37,041 nucleotides of DNA from Promethearchaeia archaeon (GTDB lineage Archaea > Asgardarchaeota > Lokiarchaeia > Sigyniarchaeales > SOKP01), in the NCBI GenBank assembly GCA_029856155.1, contig JAHQWL010000053.1, forward strand, positions 1-37,041, in the 5' to 3' direction. Each line of letters opens with the position of its first letter. The first letter of the stretch is position 1. A model generated the notes under the pieces. That model was not told where the DNA came from, searched no databases, and saw only the letters and a program-made list of their open reading frames with translations. Position numbers and translations under genes: made by a program. Positions 27,954-37,041 of this stretch are shown here, piece after piece.

Positions 27954-27996
27954 ATATCAAATCAAATTGATTCAAAAGTAAGAGTATTTTAAAAAA

Positions 27997-29877
27997 ATGG
28001 CAGAATTATTTGATCTTTTTGAAAGAGATTCTTTTACTGATATTTTAGCACTAACTAATATTGGAAAAAGAATTAGTGGAAATAATGAAATCTTGATCCA
28101 CTTCTTAAATGGAGTAGAAGCTGTATATACAGATTGTAGATTTATATATTTACCTAAAAAATATAAATCAGAAATCAAAGATGCTCAAGGACTTGTAGCT
28201 CATGAAAGTGGACACATCGGGTATGGTTCATTTGAGCTTGCATTCAAAAAGCTAGTTAATGCTCTTGTCGATAAATATAAAATACCTCATCTTTTTGTAA
28301 AAAATGTTGTAAATGTCGTTGAAGATGTAAGAATTAATGCTATTAATAATAAAAAATTCCCAGGTTTTTATAGAAATCTAAGATTATTAACAAAAAAAAT
28401 GTTACCTAGATTGATATCTAGGATTGAAAAAGCTAAAGATATTTTGCTCTACATTAATCTTTATCTTGAAGAATATGAAGGTTTTCAGTCGAAACCTACT
28501 ATAAAAGATATCAAAATGAGTGAAGATGATTGGAAGGGGATTTCCAAAGTTAAACAATTCTTATTTAAAAGTTTAACACCCAGTTCTTCAATAATTTCAT
28601 GTGATTTAATATGTAAAATCCTCAAAAAGTATTTTTCTTTAGAAGAAATGAATACAACGAAGGATATTAATGGTCTTCAAGGTAAAAATAACAATACCAT
28701 CCATCAAATCGAAAATTTATCTAAAAATAAGAAAAATCAAGACAAGACTAAATTAGATAAAACTAGTGAAGATCTTATTGAAAAACTTAAAGAAATCAAC
28801 TTAGAACCTAAAGATTTAGATGAATTAATTGGAGATAATGAATCAAAAGAAGAAAGTAACAAAAGTAAAACTAAAAAAAAGAAAAATAAAAGTAAAAAAA
28901 AGTCAGAAATTAGTGAATCACTTGAACAAGCATTTAATATCGATTTATTAGAATGTGATCTTGGCAAAAAGCAAAAAGAAACGAAATTAAAAGAAATCTC
29001 AAAATTAGTAAAAGAAGCAGAAGAAGCAATGAATGAGCGTTTGATTTTCTTAGAAAAAAGGGAATACTTAATTATTCCTCATAAAGATAAAGGAAAACGG
29101 AATGTAAAAGACACTAAAATTGAAAATGAGAGAATGATTCCTTCTGGGATGTCTTACTCTCAAATAAAAGCAAAATATATGAATACGATAAAAAAAATGA
29201 AACTGATTTTTTCAGATTTAAAAAACAAATCGGGTATTGATTCATTTCAGAAAAAAGGGCGATTAAATAATAAATTTGTAAAGGCGGTTACAAGCGATTA
29301 TAAATTTAAACAATGTTTTACAAGGAAATTGTTAAATAAAGAATTGAGATTATTAGTTTTAGTCGATATAAGTGGTAGTATGAGGGGGATAAAAGTACAA
29401 TCAGCTAAAATAGCATTGGTTATACTATGTGAAGCTCTTGAAGATATTGCAAAAATTAGAATTGTATTATTTACGGGTACATTCCATGCATTAAATATTT
29501 TAGTAAAAGATTTTGAGGAAATGCTTAATCCTCGCAAAATTGATAAATTTGGATGCCATTCAAGAGAAGGTCAAAACATTGATGGTGTGTCCATAAAACA
29601 TGAAGCAAATAAATTAGATAAAGATGATATTATTATTGTTATTTCAGACGGCCAGCCAGCAGCTAATGGTGGTTACAATTTAAATGATGCAATTCCGGAG
29701 ATTCACCAAGTGAGAAAAAAATTTAAAACTTTCGCATTCTCTATAGATTCGCAAGGAGAATACTTAAATAAAATGTATGGGAATGATTGGGTTTTAACTA
29801 ATTCTAGTAATCAAACAGAATTAGGACAAAAGATGATTAAATTTTGCCAAATAATTGCCCGTGAATTTTTTAGATAA
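27997..29877 (+). CDS. VWA-domain partner protein (CobT/NorD-like) with N-terminal HExxH motif
   Basis: AHESGH, NVVEDVRIN...FPG, charged linker, KGRLN, MIDAS DISGS and ISDG. Confidence 0.85.
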   Translation: MAELFDLFERDSFTDILALTNIGKRISGNNEILIHFLNGVEAVYTDCRFIYLPKKYKSEIKDAQGLVAHESGHIGYGSFELAFKKLVNALVDKYKIPHLFVKNVVNVVEDVRINAINNKKFPGFYRNLRLLTKKMLPRLISRIEKAKDILLYINLYLEEYEGFQSKPTIKDIKMSEDDWKGISKVKQFLFKSLTPSSSIISCDLICKILKKYFSLEEMNTTKDINGLQGKNNNTIHQIENLSKNKKNQDKTKLDKTSEDLIEKLKEINLEPKDLDELIGDNESKEESNKSKTKKKKNKSKKKSEISESLEQAFNIDLLECDLGKKQKETKLKEISKLVKEAEEAMNERLIFLEKREYLIIPHKDKGKRNVKDTKIENERMIPSGMSYSQIKAKYMNTIKKMKLIFSDLKNKSGIDSFQKKGRLNNKFVKAVTSDYKFKQCFTRKLLNKELRLLVLVDISGSMRGIKVQSAKIALVILCEALEDIAKIRIVLFTGTFHALNILVKDFEEMLNPRKIDKFGCHSREGQNIDGVSIKHEANKLDKDDIIIVISDGQPAANGGYNLNDAIPEIHQVRKKFKTFAFSIDSQGEYLNKMYGNDWVLTNSSNQTELGQKMIKFCQIIAREFFR

Positions 29878-29922
29878 GGCGGCTTTTTATTCTTTAGAGA
29901 AATTATTATAGATTTTTATAAG

Positions 29923-30504
29923 ATGCCTAATAATACTTTAATTCTTGTTCGGCATGCTGAAACCAGAGTTGATGATAAGAACAAGATATCAAAATGGATT
30001 CTAACTGAAAAAGGTCGAAAAGACGCAATCAAGCTATTTAGTTCGGATTTTTTTGATGACGTAGATATAATTATTACGTCAGATGAAGAAAAAGCATATC
30101 AAACCGCTCGTCCTTTATCAGAACGACTTCATAAAGAAATAATTAGAGAAAAAGACTTAAATGAGATCTTAAGAGATTTTGGTAAATATTTAAAAACTAA
30201 AGCCGAATATCTCAACACCATGAAGCTTTGTATTGAAAATAGAGACCAATCATATAATAAATGGGAATCAGCAAATCATGCACTTAATAGATTCTCAAAG
30301 AAAATTCAAGAAATTGATTCAAAATATTCAAATATGAAAATTTTAATTGTAGCGCATGGTGGAGTAATAAATCTATATTTTGCAGAAAAACTCGGACGAT
30401 TAGATAAAGTATTTCAAAGAACATCTACAAATACATTTTGTGATTTTGGAATAATTCAAAATAAAAAAGTTATAAAAGATATCGCTATAAATGATAATTT
30501 ATGA
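29923..30504 (+). CDS. Histidine phosphatase superfamily protein
   Basis: LVRHAET, TS...AYQTA, LNE, VAHGG. Confidence 0.85.
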   Translation: MPNNTLILVRHAETRVDDKNKISKWILTEKGRKDAIKLFSSDFFDDVDIIITSDEEKAYQTARPLSERLHKEIIREKDLNEILRDFGKYLKTKAEYLNTMKLCIENRDQSYNKWESANHALNRFSKKIQEIDSKYSNMKILIVAHGGVINLYFAEKLGRLDKVFQRTSTNTFCDFGIIQNKKVIKDIAINDNL

Positions 30505-31544
30505 ATTCAATGTTCCTAAAAAAGGCTAAATATCAAAGAAAGATTGACGAGAATTACTCTCAGTGTTTAACTTGTGAGAGAAGGTGTAAGATTCAAAAAG
30601 GAACAGTGGGTTTTTGCCAATCTCGACTTAATAAGGATGGAGAAATTTATTCCATTGTTTATGGACTAATTCCTGCTCTATCCTTTAATCCAATAGAAAA
30701 AAAACCTTTATACCATTTCTATCCGGGTAGCAAAGCAATAACAATAGGAACTTATGGCTGTAATTTTACATGTTTTTGGTGCCAAAATCATCACCTTTCG
30801 AAAACAAATCCTTTAAGAGCTAGTCAATTTGCCACATCTGATGAATTTATATCTCCTAAAAGACTTATTGAGATCGCATTAAAAAAAAAATGCCAAGGAA
30901 CATCAATATCCTTTAACGAACCTACATTACTGTTTGAATATTCATTAGAAGTATTCAAGCTAGCAAAACAGCATGGATTATATAATACTTATGTTACAAA
31001 TGGCTATATGACTGAAAATGTTTTAAGAGATTTAGTAGATGCAGGTTTAGATGCTGTGAACATAGACATAAAAGGAGATTCTGATATGGTTAAGAAATAT
31101 TGTGGTGCAGATGTAGATAAAGTATGGAGAAACGCCAAGTTAGCAAAAAGTTTAGGTGTTCATGTAGAGATTACTACCTTATTAATTCAAGGATTTAATT
31201 CTGAAGAAAAAATTGTTAAGAAACTTGCTGAAAGAATTTTTAGTGAACTAGGCGAATTAACACCCTATCATATAAGCCGGTTCTTTCCTCATTATAAATC
31301 ACAAAAATACGGACTTTCTGAGCCAACACCTTTGGAACTTTTATATAATGCTTATAAAATTTCAAAAGACGCTGGGTTAAAACATATTTACCTAGGGAAT
31401 CTACCTACAGTTGATTATGATAATACTTATTGCCCAAAATGTTCTAAATTAGTTATAAAAAGAAAAATTTTAGGTGTCAAAGAGTTATATTTAGATTCTG
31501 GGGGAAATTGTAAGTTTTGTGGATTTCCAATTTGTATTATTTGA
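30501..31544 (+). CDS. amrS: AmmeMemoRadiSam system radical SAM enzyme
   Basis: CLTCERRC...GFC, PIEKKPLYHFYPG, GCNFTCFWCQN, NEP, TNGY, NIDIK, EITTL, SRFFP, YLGN, CPKC...CKFC; ATGA overlap with the phosphatase. Confidence 0.88.
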   Translation: MNSMFLKKAKYQRKIDENYSQCLTCERRCKIQKGTVGFCQSRLNKDGEIYSIVYGLIPALSFNPIEKKPLYHFYPGSKAITIGTYGCNFTCFWCQNHHLSKTNPLRASQFATSDEFISPKRLIEIALKKKCQGTSISFNEPTLLFEYSLEVFKLAKQHGLYNTYVTNGYMTENVLRDLVDAGLDAVNIDIKGDSDMVKKYCGADVDKVWRNAKLAKSLGVHVEITTLLIQGFNSEEKIVKKLAERIFSELGELTPYHISRFFPHYKSQKYGLSEPTPLELLYNAYKISKDAGLKHIYLGNLPTVDYDNTYCPKCSKLVIKRKILGVKELYLDSGGNCKFCGFPICII

Positions 31545-31659
31545 TTTTTATTCAAAACTTTTTTTCACAAATTCAAATAAGATGTAGTTTTTAAATAGCA
31601 CTTTGTAATTATTTTTAGAAGTACAAAAATTCAAATTTCATCTTTTAAAGGTTTAAAAA

Positions 31660-32802
31660 ATGGCGAAAAAACCATCACCCAAAAAGACACCATCATCAAA
31701 TTCTTCACCTTCAAAACTTACTCCGACTAAAAAACCAATATCGAAATCCACAACGACAAAAATTCCTCAAAAAAATCCCTCTCAAAAACCAAAAACATCA
31801 GTAAAGCCTAGCCAAAAAAAACCAATAGATAATCTAACAATATTAAAATCTTCTCCTTATTTAAAGGATTCATCAAAATCTCAAATTTCTAAAAAACAAT
31901 ATACTTTAAAAGAACTGTTTGAGAAGAATCTGCTTTCTCAACAGGGAGAAAAAATGGAAATAGTCTTAAGTGGTCAATATCAAGATGCTCTTGATTTAAT
32001 GTATGAAGCAGATGCGTCAAATCTCTATCCAATTTTAGTGGGACCACCCGGAATTGGTAAAACAACTTTATGTCGATTTTATGCCCAATCAAGGGCAGAG
32101 ATCACTGGCAATGATTCGTTTGAGTGGATAACCTTTGATGAATCAACTAAGCCTGCTCATCTTGTTGGAAGTTTCAATCCCGCAACTACGATACAAAAAG
32201 GATTCTCTTTTGAAGCTTTTAATCCAGGACCTTTAATAAAAGCTATGTTAAATGGTGGTGTATTTCTTGCAAATGAAATCAATCGAGCAACAGAATATAC
32301 TCAAAATTCACTATTGGAACCGCTAGAAGAAAAAACTCTTGCAATACCACATATAGGAAGAATGAAAGCATCACCAGGATTCTTTTTCATAGGTGCTATG
32401 AATCCATCTGAATTAGTCGGCACACATAGATTAGGTGAAGCCTTAAAAGACAGGTTTAATGTATGGATTGAGCTTGATTATCCTGATAAAAAGACGGAGA
32501 TGAAGATAATTGAACATAATAATCCTTATTATAAAATAAATGAAGGTACACTTGAGAAAATATATCTAATAATTAATCGAACTCGTACTCATCATCAAAT
32601 CCAAACACCTGCTAGTTTAAGGAGTGGGATCGCGCTGGCACGCCTTACCGGAGTGGCACAAAAGAAAGTTAAAAAGGATCCCGATAAAATTCTTGGAGAT
32701 ATTGCTAGTAATGTGTTATACGGAGCGATACAAACAAAACCTGGAGTTAAAGCTAATGATGTTATTAAAAGTATCATTTCTCAAGTTGTTGGTTCGGCAT
32801 AA
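31660..32802 (+). CDS. MoxR-type AAA+ ATPase with about 80-aa K/S/P/T-rich disordered N-terminus
   Basis: GPPGIGKT, PGPL, Walker B FLANEINR, QNSLLEPLEE, AMNP, ALKDRF, LDYP, SLR lid. Confidence 0.88.
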   Translation: MAKKPSPKKTPSSNSSPSKLTPTKKPISKSTTTKIPQKNPSQKPKTSVKPSQKKPIDNLTILKSSPYLKDSSKSQISKKQYTLKELFEKNLLSQQGEKMEIVLSGQYQDALDLMYEADASNLYPILVGPPGIGKTTLCRFYAQSRAEITGNDSFEWITFDESTKPAHLVGSFNPATTIQKGFSFEAFNPGPLIKAMLNGGVFLANEINRATEYTQNSLLEPLEEKTLAIPHIGRMKASPGFFFIGAMNPSELVGTHRLGEALKDRFNVWIELDYPDKKTEMKIIEHNNPYYKINEGTLEKIYLIINRTRTHHQIQTPASLRSGIALARLTGVAQKKVKKDPDKILGDIASNVLYGAIQTKPGVKANDVIKSIISQVVGSA

Positions 32803-32839
32803 ATTAAAAATTTAATTAATTTAATTGGGAGTAAAGATT

Positions 32840-35452
32840 ATGATATTATTTCCAACTAATCCAGTTTGGTTTTCTCTCAAGTTTATAAACGCTTTGAGAA
32901 AACATGAAAAGTGTATAATCAAACCATCTGTTAGGCAAGCTATTGCTATGTGCAAACTGATCTTCGCAAGATTCTTAAATAGGGGTATGTGTGATATTGA
33001 AGATTTTTTAGAAGTTGCAGTTGTAACAAGTCCTTTAGAAAATCAAGAAATAGCTAGACAGATCGCAAGAGAGATTCTAACTTATATAGATCCTTCGAAA
33101 AATACAATCTCTAGTGAAATAAGAAATCTTGATATTTTTGATCATACTAAACCTAAGGACTTAATCGATGATATAGAACAAGATTTTAGTGATTTGGATG
33201 AAATTTATGATGATTTGCAGTTCTTAAAAGATTATTTTGGTGAAATTGAAAACCTAGATTTGGAAAAGATGATGGAGTCGACTTTTAATACTTTTTTTGA
33301 TAGATTCTCTAGTGAACTTGAAGAAGATCCCTATAAAACAGCCCTAGATGTAATAGAAAGGAATGCAATTGTTAATTTTGATAAAATTCCAGATCTTAAA
33401 TCTTTGCTAGAGAGAACAAAAGATGTTTTGCGTAAAAAATTAAATCATTTAGAGCCAGAAGATATTGATTTTGCGAAAAAATTAGGAATTCTTGATGAAA
33501 TAATTGAGAAATCTAGCGTACCTAGAGAAAAAATATTGTCTCAATTTGCTAAAGATAAAGCTTCAAGTAAAGTAGAAAATGAAAAACGAAAACAAGATGA
33601 TTCAATGGGATTTAAGAAATCTTTAGAAAGAACTTTTCAAAAGAGTTTTTATGATGCTTTAAATCTTGCTGAATTTGGTTTAAAAGGGAAAATATTAGAT
33701 AATAAAGGAAAAGAAACTATGAAAAAACTTCTTAAAGAAAGTTTGAAACAGGGAAGTCGAAATCTCAGCGATTTATTTAGAGCAACTAAAGTAATGGGGT
33801 CTAATCTTGATTTTGAAAAGCAAGAATTAAATGATATTATTGATAATAGTCTAGATTTACCATTTAAAGATGCTCTTCAAAGTGTCAAGAATTATGATCA
33901 ATATTTTGGAGGTGATCTAAGTGATAAATATTTAGAGAAAGTTAGTAAGGAGTTAGATACTTTCGATAAGAAACACAATCTAGAGGATATGCGAAAAAAC
34001 CTGATAAAAAATCCGACAAAAACCCCCTCATGGCGAAAATTATTATCTAAAACAATCGATAAAGAAGTTCAAGAACTAAAACAAGATTTTACTAAACCTG
34101 GTTTATTAAATGCCCAAATGAAAAATTTAGCAGATTCATTAATCGCTTCTCAAGATGAATGCTCTGATTTTGTATGTAAGACTCAATTATCTACTAAAAT
34201 CCAAGATGTAGTAAATAAAACCACAGAAATTCCAGTAAGTAAAAATGTATTAAGAAATCTTGTTAAAAATTTTAATGAAATGGGATTTCTTCCTAACCTT
34301 GATTCTATCAAGAAAGCAGGAAATCAATTAAAAATGTCAGAAGCAGAAATTCTTAGTTTGATAGAAGCAAATTTTAAATATTTCAAGAAAATGGTGGAAG
34401 AACACTCGACCACTTATCAAGGCTACAAAGATTATCTTAAACAATTAAAACTTACACCTCAACAAATTGATCAAATTATAAGAACCGCTATGGGAACAGC
34501 ACCACCTAAAAATACTAATTTAGATGCGCTAAGTGCTTTAAGTGAAAAATTTTTATCTCAAGTTCTTAATACTGCTGAAAGAATGGGTGATGCTGCTTTA
34601 GATTCTGCATTTTCTTCATTAGGAGCAGGTAGTGGGTTAGATCTTCTCGAGCAATGGTTTTTTTCAAGACATAATATCTCTGCAAAGGTTAAAACAAAAC
34701 TAAAAGAGATTATTAAACACATTATGATAGATCTTGGGATACGTTCGGCAAATTCTCTAATTGGTTCAGCTAATTCAGGTCCAATTGTAGAAAATATAGT
34801 AATTCCTTATACACCAGGTGATGACTTTGAATTAATAGATCTTGAAGAAACAATAAACAATTTACTTGAAGGTGGTAAAACAGTTGATTTGATTTCAAAT
34901 GATGATTTTTTAGTAGCTAAGACTAGCCAAGGTCTCCGTTGTTTAGTGCTTGAATTAGATATTAGCGGTAGCATGACTGGTCAGAAATTATCGCAGATGG
35001 CACTTTGTGCTACTATGTTGGTTTATGCCTTCAAACCAGAAGAGTTAGCTCTTACATTTTTTGAGTCTAATACTCACAGGGTAAAAAATCTTGATGAGGA
35101 TGTTGAATTAGAGAAGGTTGTTGATGAATTACTAGATATTCAAGCTAGAGGTGGTACTTGTATTAATTCTGCTCTTAAATGGGCGAATCAGCAATTTGAG
35201 AAAAAGGCTCGATCAAAACACAAACTAAATGTGCTCTTCACTGATGCTGATGTATTTGATTTTAAGAATAGCTTACAAGAATTGAAGAAAATGAGTGAGA
35301 AGAGTGTTAAATTTGTTATGGTTGTTCCCAAATTTAATTTTTCTCCTATTATGGCAAAAAAAATGGTTGAAGAAGCTAATGGAGTCCTTTTAACTTTAAA
35401 TCAGTGGAGAGAGTTTCCAAAATTGATATCTGAAATCATTACTAATCAATAA
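32840..35452 (+). CDS. Large VWA-domain protein (CoxE-like MoxR partner)
   Basis: IDLEETI pre-VWA motif, DISGSM, GGT, FTD MIDAS elements; long helical N-region; ATG 32840 after GGGAG. Confidence 0.85.
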   Translation: MILFPTNPVWFSLKFINALRKHEKCIIKPSVRQAIAMCKLIFARFLNRGMCDIEDFLEVAVVTSPLENQEIARQIAREILTYIDPSKNTISSEIRNLDIFDHTKPKDLIDDIEQDFSDLDEIYDDLQFLKDYFGEIENLDLEKMMESTFNTFFDRFSSELEEDPYKTALDVIERNAIVNFDKIPDLKSLLERTKDVLRKKLNHLEPEDIDFAKKLGILDEIIEKSSVPREKILSQFAKDKASSKVENEKRKQDDSMGFKKSLERTFQKSFYDALNLAEFGLKGKILDNKGKETMKKLLKESLKQGSRNLSDLFRATKVMGSNLDFEKQELNDIIDNSLDLPFKDALQSVKNYDQYFGGDLSDKYLEKVSKELDTFDKKHNLEDMRKNLIKNPTKTPSWRKLLSKTIDKEVQELKQDFTKPGLLNAQMKNLADSLIASQDECSDFVCKTQLSTKIQDVVNKTTEIPVSKNVLRNLVKNFNEMGFLPNLDSIKKAGNQLKMSEAEILSLIEANFKYFKKMVEEHSTTYQGYKDYLKQLKLTPQQIDQIIRTAMGTAPPKNTNLDALSALSEKFLSQVLNTAERMGDAALDSAFSSLGAGSGLDLLEQWFFSRHNISAKVKTKLKEIIKHIMIDLGIRSANSLIGSANSGPIVENIVIPYTPGDDFELIDLEETINNLLEGGKTVDLISNDDFLVAKTSQGLRCLVLELDISGSMTGQKLSQMALCATMLVYAFKPEELALTFFESNTHRVKNLDEDVELEKVVDELLDIQARGGTCINSALKWANQQFEKKARSKHKLNVLFTDADVFDFKNSLQELKKMSEKSVKFVMVVPKFNFSPIMAKKMVEEANGVLLTLNQWREFPKLISEIITNQ

Positions 35453-35475
35453 ATCAATAATCTTAAAATATAGAG

Positions 35476-37041
35476 GTGTTAAGTGTAGATTTAAAAAACA
35501 ATCTTAAAAATGCAGACTTTTTCAGGAGACATGTCCAAGGAGCTAGATTTAGTAGAGGAACTAATATCCCTAATAAAAATATTATTAATTTTAATGTTGA
35601 AAAAGATCCAGTTATTAAAGTAATAGCAGAACTTCAAGGATCAGGTAATTCTCGGTATGTCATTAATATTTTTCAAGATAATTCTGGATTTAAAATCATA
35701 CATGACTGTCCTGATTTTAAAAAAGGTACAAAATTTTGTAAACATATTGTTAAAATTTTATTATTACTTGAAAATCACGTTTGTCAAACAATTTGTCAGA
35801 GTATTTCCAGAATGTTTTTTACCTCAGATTTTGGATTGGTTAAAAAAAGCAAGACGACCAGTTATATTCTTAAAGCTGAAGATTTAATTAAGCAAGCTAA
35901 ATATTATGAAGCGATTAATTTCCTACATCAAGCATTTGATGAATCGAGAGATTTTGAATATATCTTAAAAATAGGTGAAATTACATTAAAACATGATTTG
36001 TATGATCAGTTCTTAAAGTATTCTGTACAATTCAAGGAATTAGCAGATAAATATTTAACTGAATACCCAAAAGTTATAGGCACAGCAATTTCTAAATTCG
36101 AGGATTTTAACTTTTCAAAAAAAGTTGAGATCTTAGGCAATACTCAAACTTTAATGATGAATTTTCCAAAGCTTCTCATGATGGATGTTTTAAAATATAT
36201 TAAAATAAATGAAATTGAGGAACCAATTCTAAGATACATGCTATTGCATAAATTTGAATCTGAGCTTTATATCAAGGATTATTTTAAAGATTTTCATGAA
36301 GATTCTAAGACTAATTTGAAAGATATAATGGATAAAAGGACATTAGATTTACTTAATGAAGCTTTATTAAATATGGAACCAGAAGAAGAAATAAAAGCAT
36401 TTATTACGATATCACAGAACTGCAAATTTAACAACTATAATATAATTTTTTCTAAAGTACAGGAATATATGAAAAAATTAAAGGATATTTATTTAGAAGG
36501 TTTAAAATTAAAGCATGCATTTCTTCGGTCCTTAGTTATAGCAAATACGCAAAACGATAAGTTAAGACAAATGAAATTTATTAAGAAATATAATTATCCC
36601 ACTCTAATCTGGACTTCACCATACAAGAATGAAACCCCCTTACATTATTATATTCTTGAAAAGTGTGGATTTGAGAGTCATCATCTGGAATATACTGATA
36701 TAAACAATTTTATTGAAAATTATCCAATATTTAAAGATATTTTCGGTGGAAACAATCCAGTAAGTTATGAAACTAAAAATTTTTGGGGTGTCTCTGAACC
36801 TAAAATAATAAATACTGTCCAAACTAATCAGAATGTTGAATTAGATTATGAACTGAATTTACAAAATATTAACAAATTTATTTTAATTGAATGGGATTTG
36901 GCACAAAAACCAATTTTAGGGAGCTATATCTGCCAATTTTCAGATGGATATCTTATACCGGATGGAACTCATCCTCTAACACATGAAACACAACCATTTG
37001 ATATCATATTATGTGAAAAAAATCCAGTAGCAATAAAGAGC
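35476..37041 (+). CDS. SWIM-type Zn-finger protein, 3'-truncated by the window (absent from the ORF track)
   Basis: Open frame from about 35476 to the window end with no stop seen: ...RFSRG...ELQGSGNSRYVINI...IHDCPDFKKGTKFCKHIVKILLLL..., followed by helical repeats. Confidence 0.8.
   Translation, partial: MLSVDLKNNLKNADFFRRHVQGARFSRGTNIPNKNIINFNVEKDPVIKVIAELQGSGNSRYVINIFQDNSGFKIIHDCPDFKKGTKFCKHIVKILLLLENHVCQTICQSISRMFFTSDFGLVKKSKTTSYILKAEDLIKQAKYYEAINFLHQAFDESRDFEYILKIGEITLKHDLYDQFLKYSVQFKELADKYLTEYPKVIGTAISKFEDFNFSKKVEILGNTQTLMMNFPKLLMMDVLKYIKINEIEEPILRYMLLHKFESELYIKDYFKDFHEDSKTNLKDIMDKRTLDLLNEALLNMEPEEEIKAFITISQNCKFNNYNIIFSKVQEYMKKLKDIYLEGLKLKHAFLRSLVIANTQNDKLRQMKFIKKYNYPTLIWTSPYKNETPLHYYILEKCGFESHHLEYTDINNFIENYPIFKDIFGGNNPVSYETKNFWGVSEPKIINTVQTNQNVELDYELNLQNINKFILIEWDLAQKPILGSYICQFSDGYLIPDGTHPLTHETQPFDIILCEKNPVAIKS

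Noticed and set aside
2826-36822. Short overlapping or antisense ORFs in the track (e.g. 2826-3131, 11948-12265, 22542-22796, 27269-27568, 35657-35887, 36640-36822)
   Set aside because: All lie within well-supported longer genes and show no recognisable motifs; treated as shadow ORFs.
1-37041. CRISPR arrays, IS elements, integrases, tRNA/rRNA
   Set aside because: No regularly spaced repeats, transposase/integrase motifs or GC-rich structured RNA segments were seen by manual inspection.

Overview
AT-rich archaeal-type window, most consistent with an Asgard (Lokiarchaeia-like) genome. This is an inference from gene content, BRE/TATA-like promoters and GGAGG/GGTGA ribosome-binding sites. Left part (1-15.6 kb): an anaerobic aromatic-degradation locus. 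It has the 3' end of a Zn-dependent dehydrogenase (Had-like), an ATP-dependent Bzd-type benzoyl-CoA reductase operon (bzdNOPQ plus ferredoxin bzdM), a BzdV-like NAD(P)H:ferredoxin oxidoreductase, and a minus-strand acyl-CoA dehydrogenase-etfB-etfA(ferredoxin-fused) operon. Middle (15.7-23 kb): methyltransferases, a TauE/SafE exporter, a stand-alone 76-aa protein that aligns by eye to ubiquitin but lacks the GG tail, and a 1082-aa TPR/alpha-solenoid protein with a C-terminal RING-like Zn finger, preceded by a decayed copy of its own N-terminus. Right part (23-37 kb): a UbiA prenyltransferase, two paralogous HdrD/GlpC-like Fe-S/CCG proteins, two different MoxR AAA+/VWA modules (both ATPases have NE instead of DE in Walker B), a histidine phosphatase, an AmmeMemoRadiSam radical SAM enzyme, and a SWIM-finger gene missed by the ORF track that runs off the window. 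At least one gene appears to need a non-canonical (ATA) start. No rRNA, tRNA, CRISPR array or mobile element was recognised.
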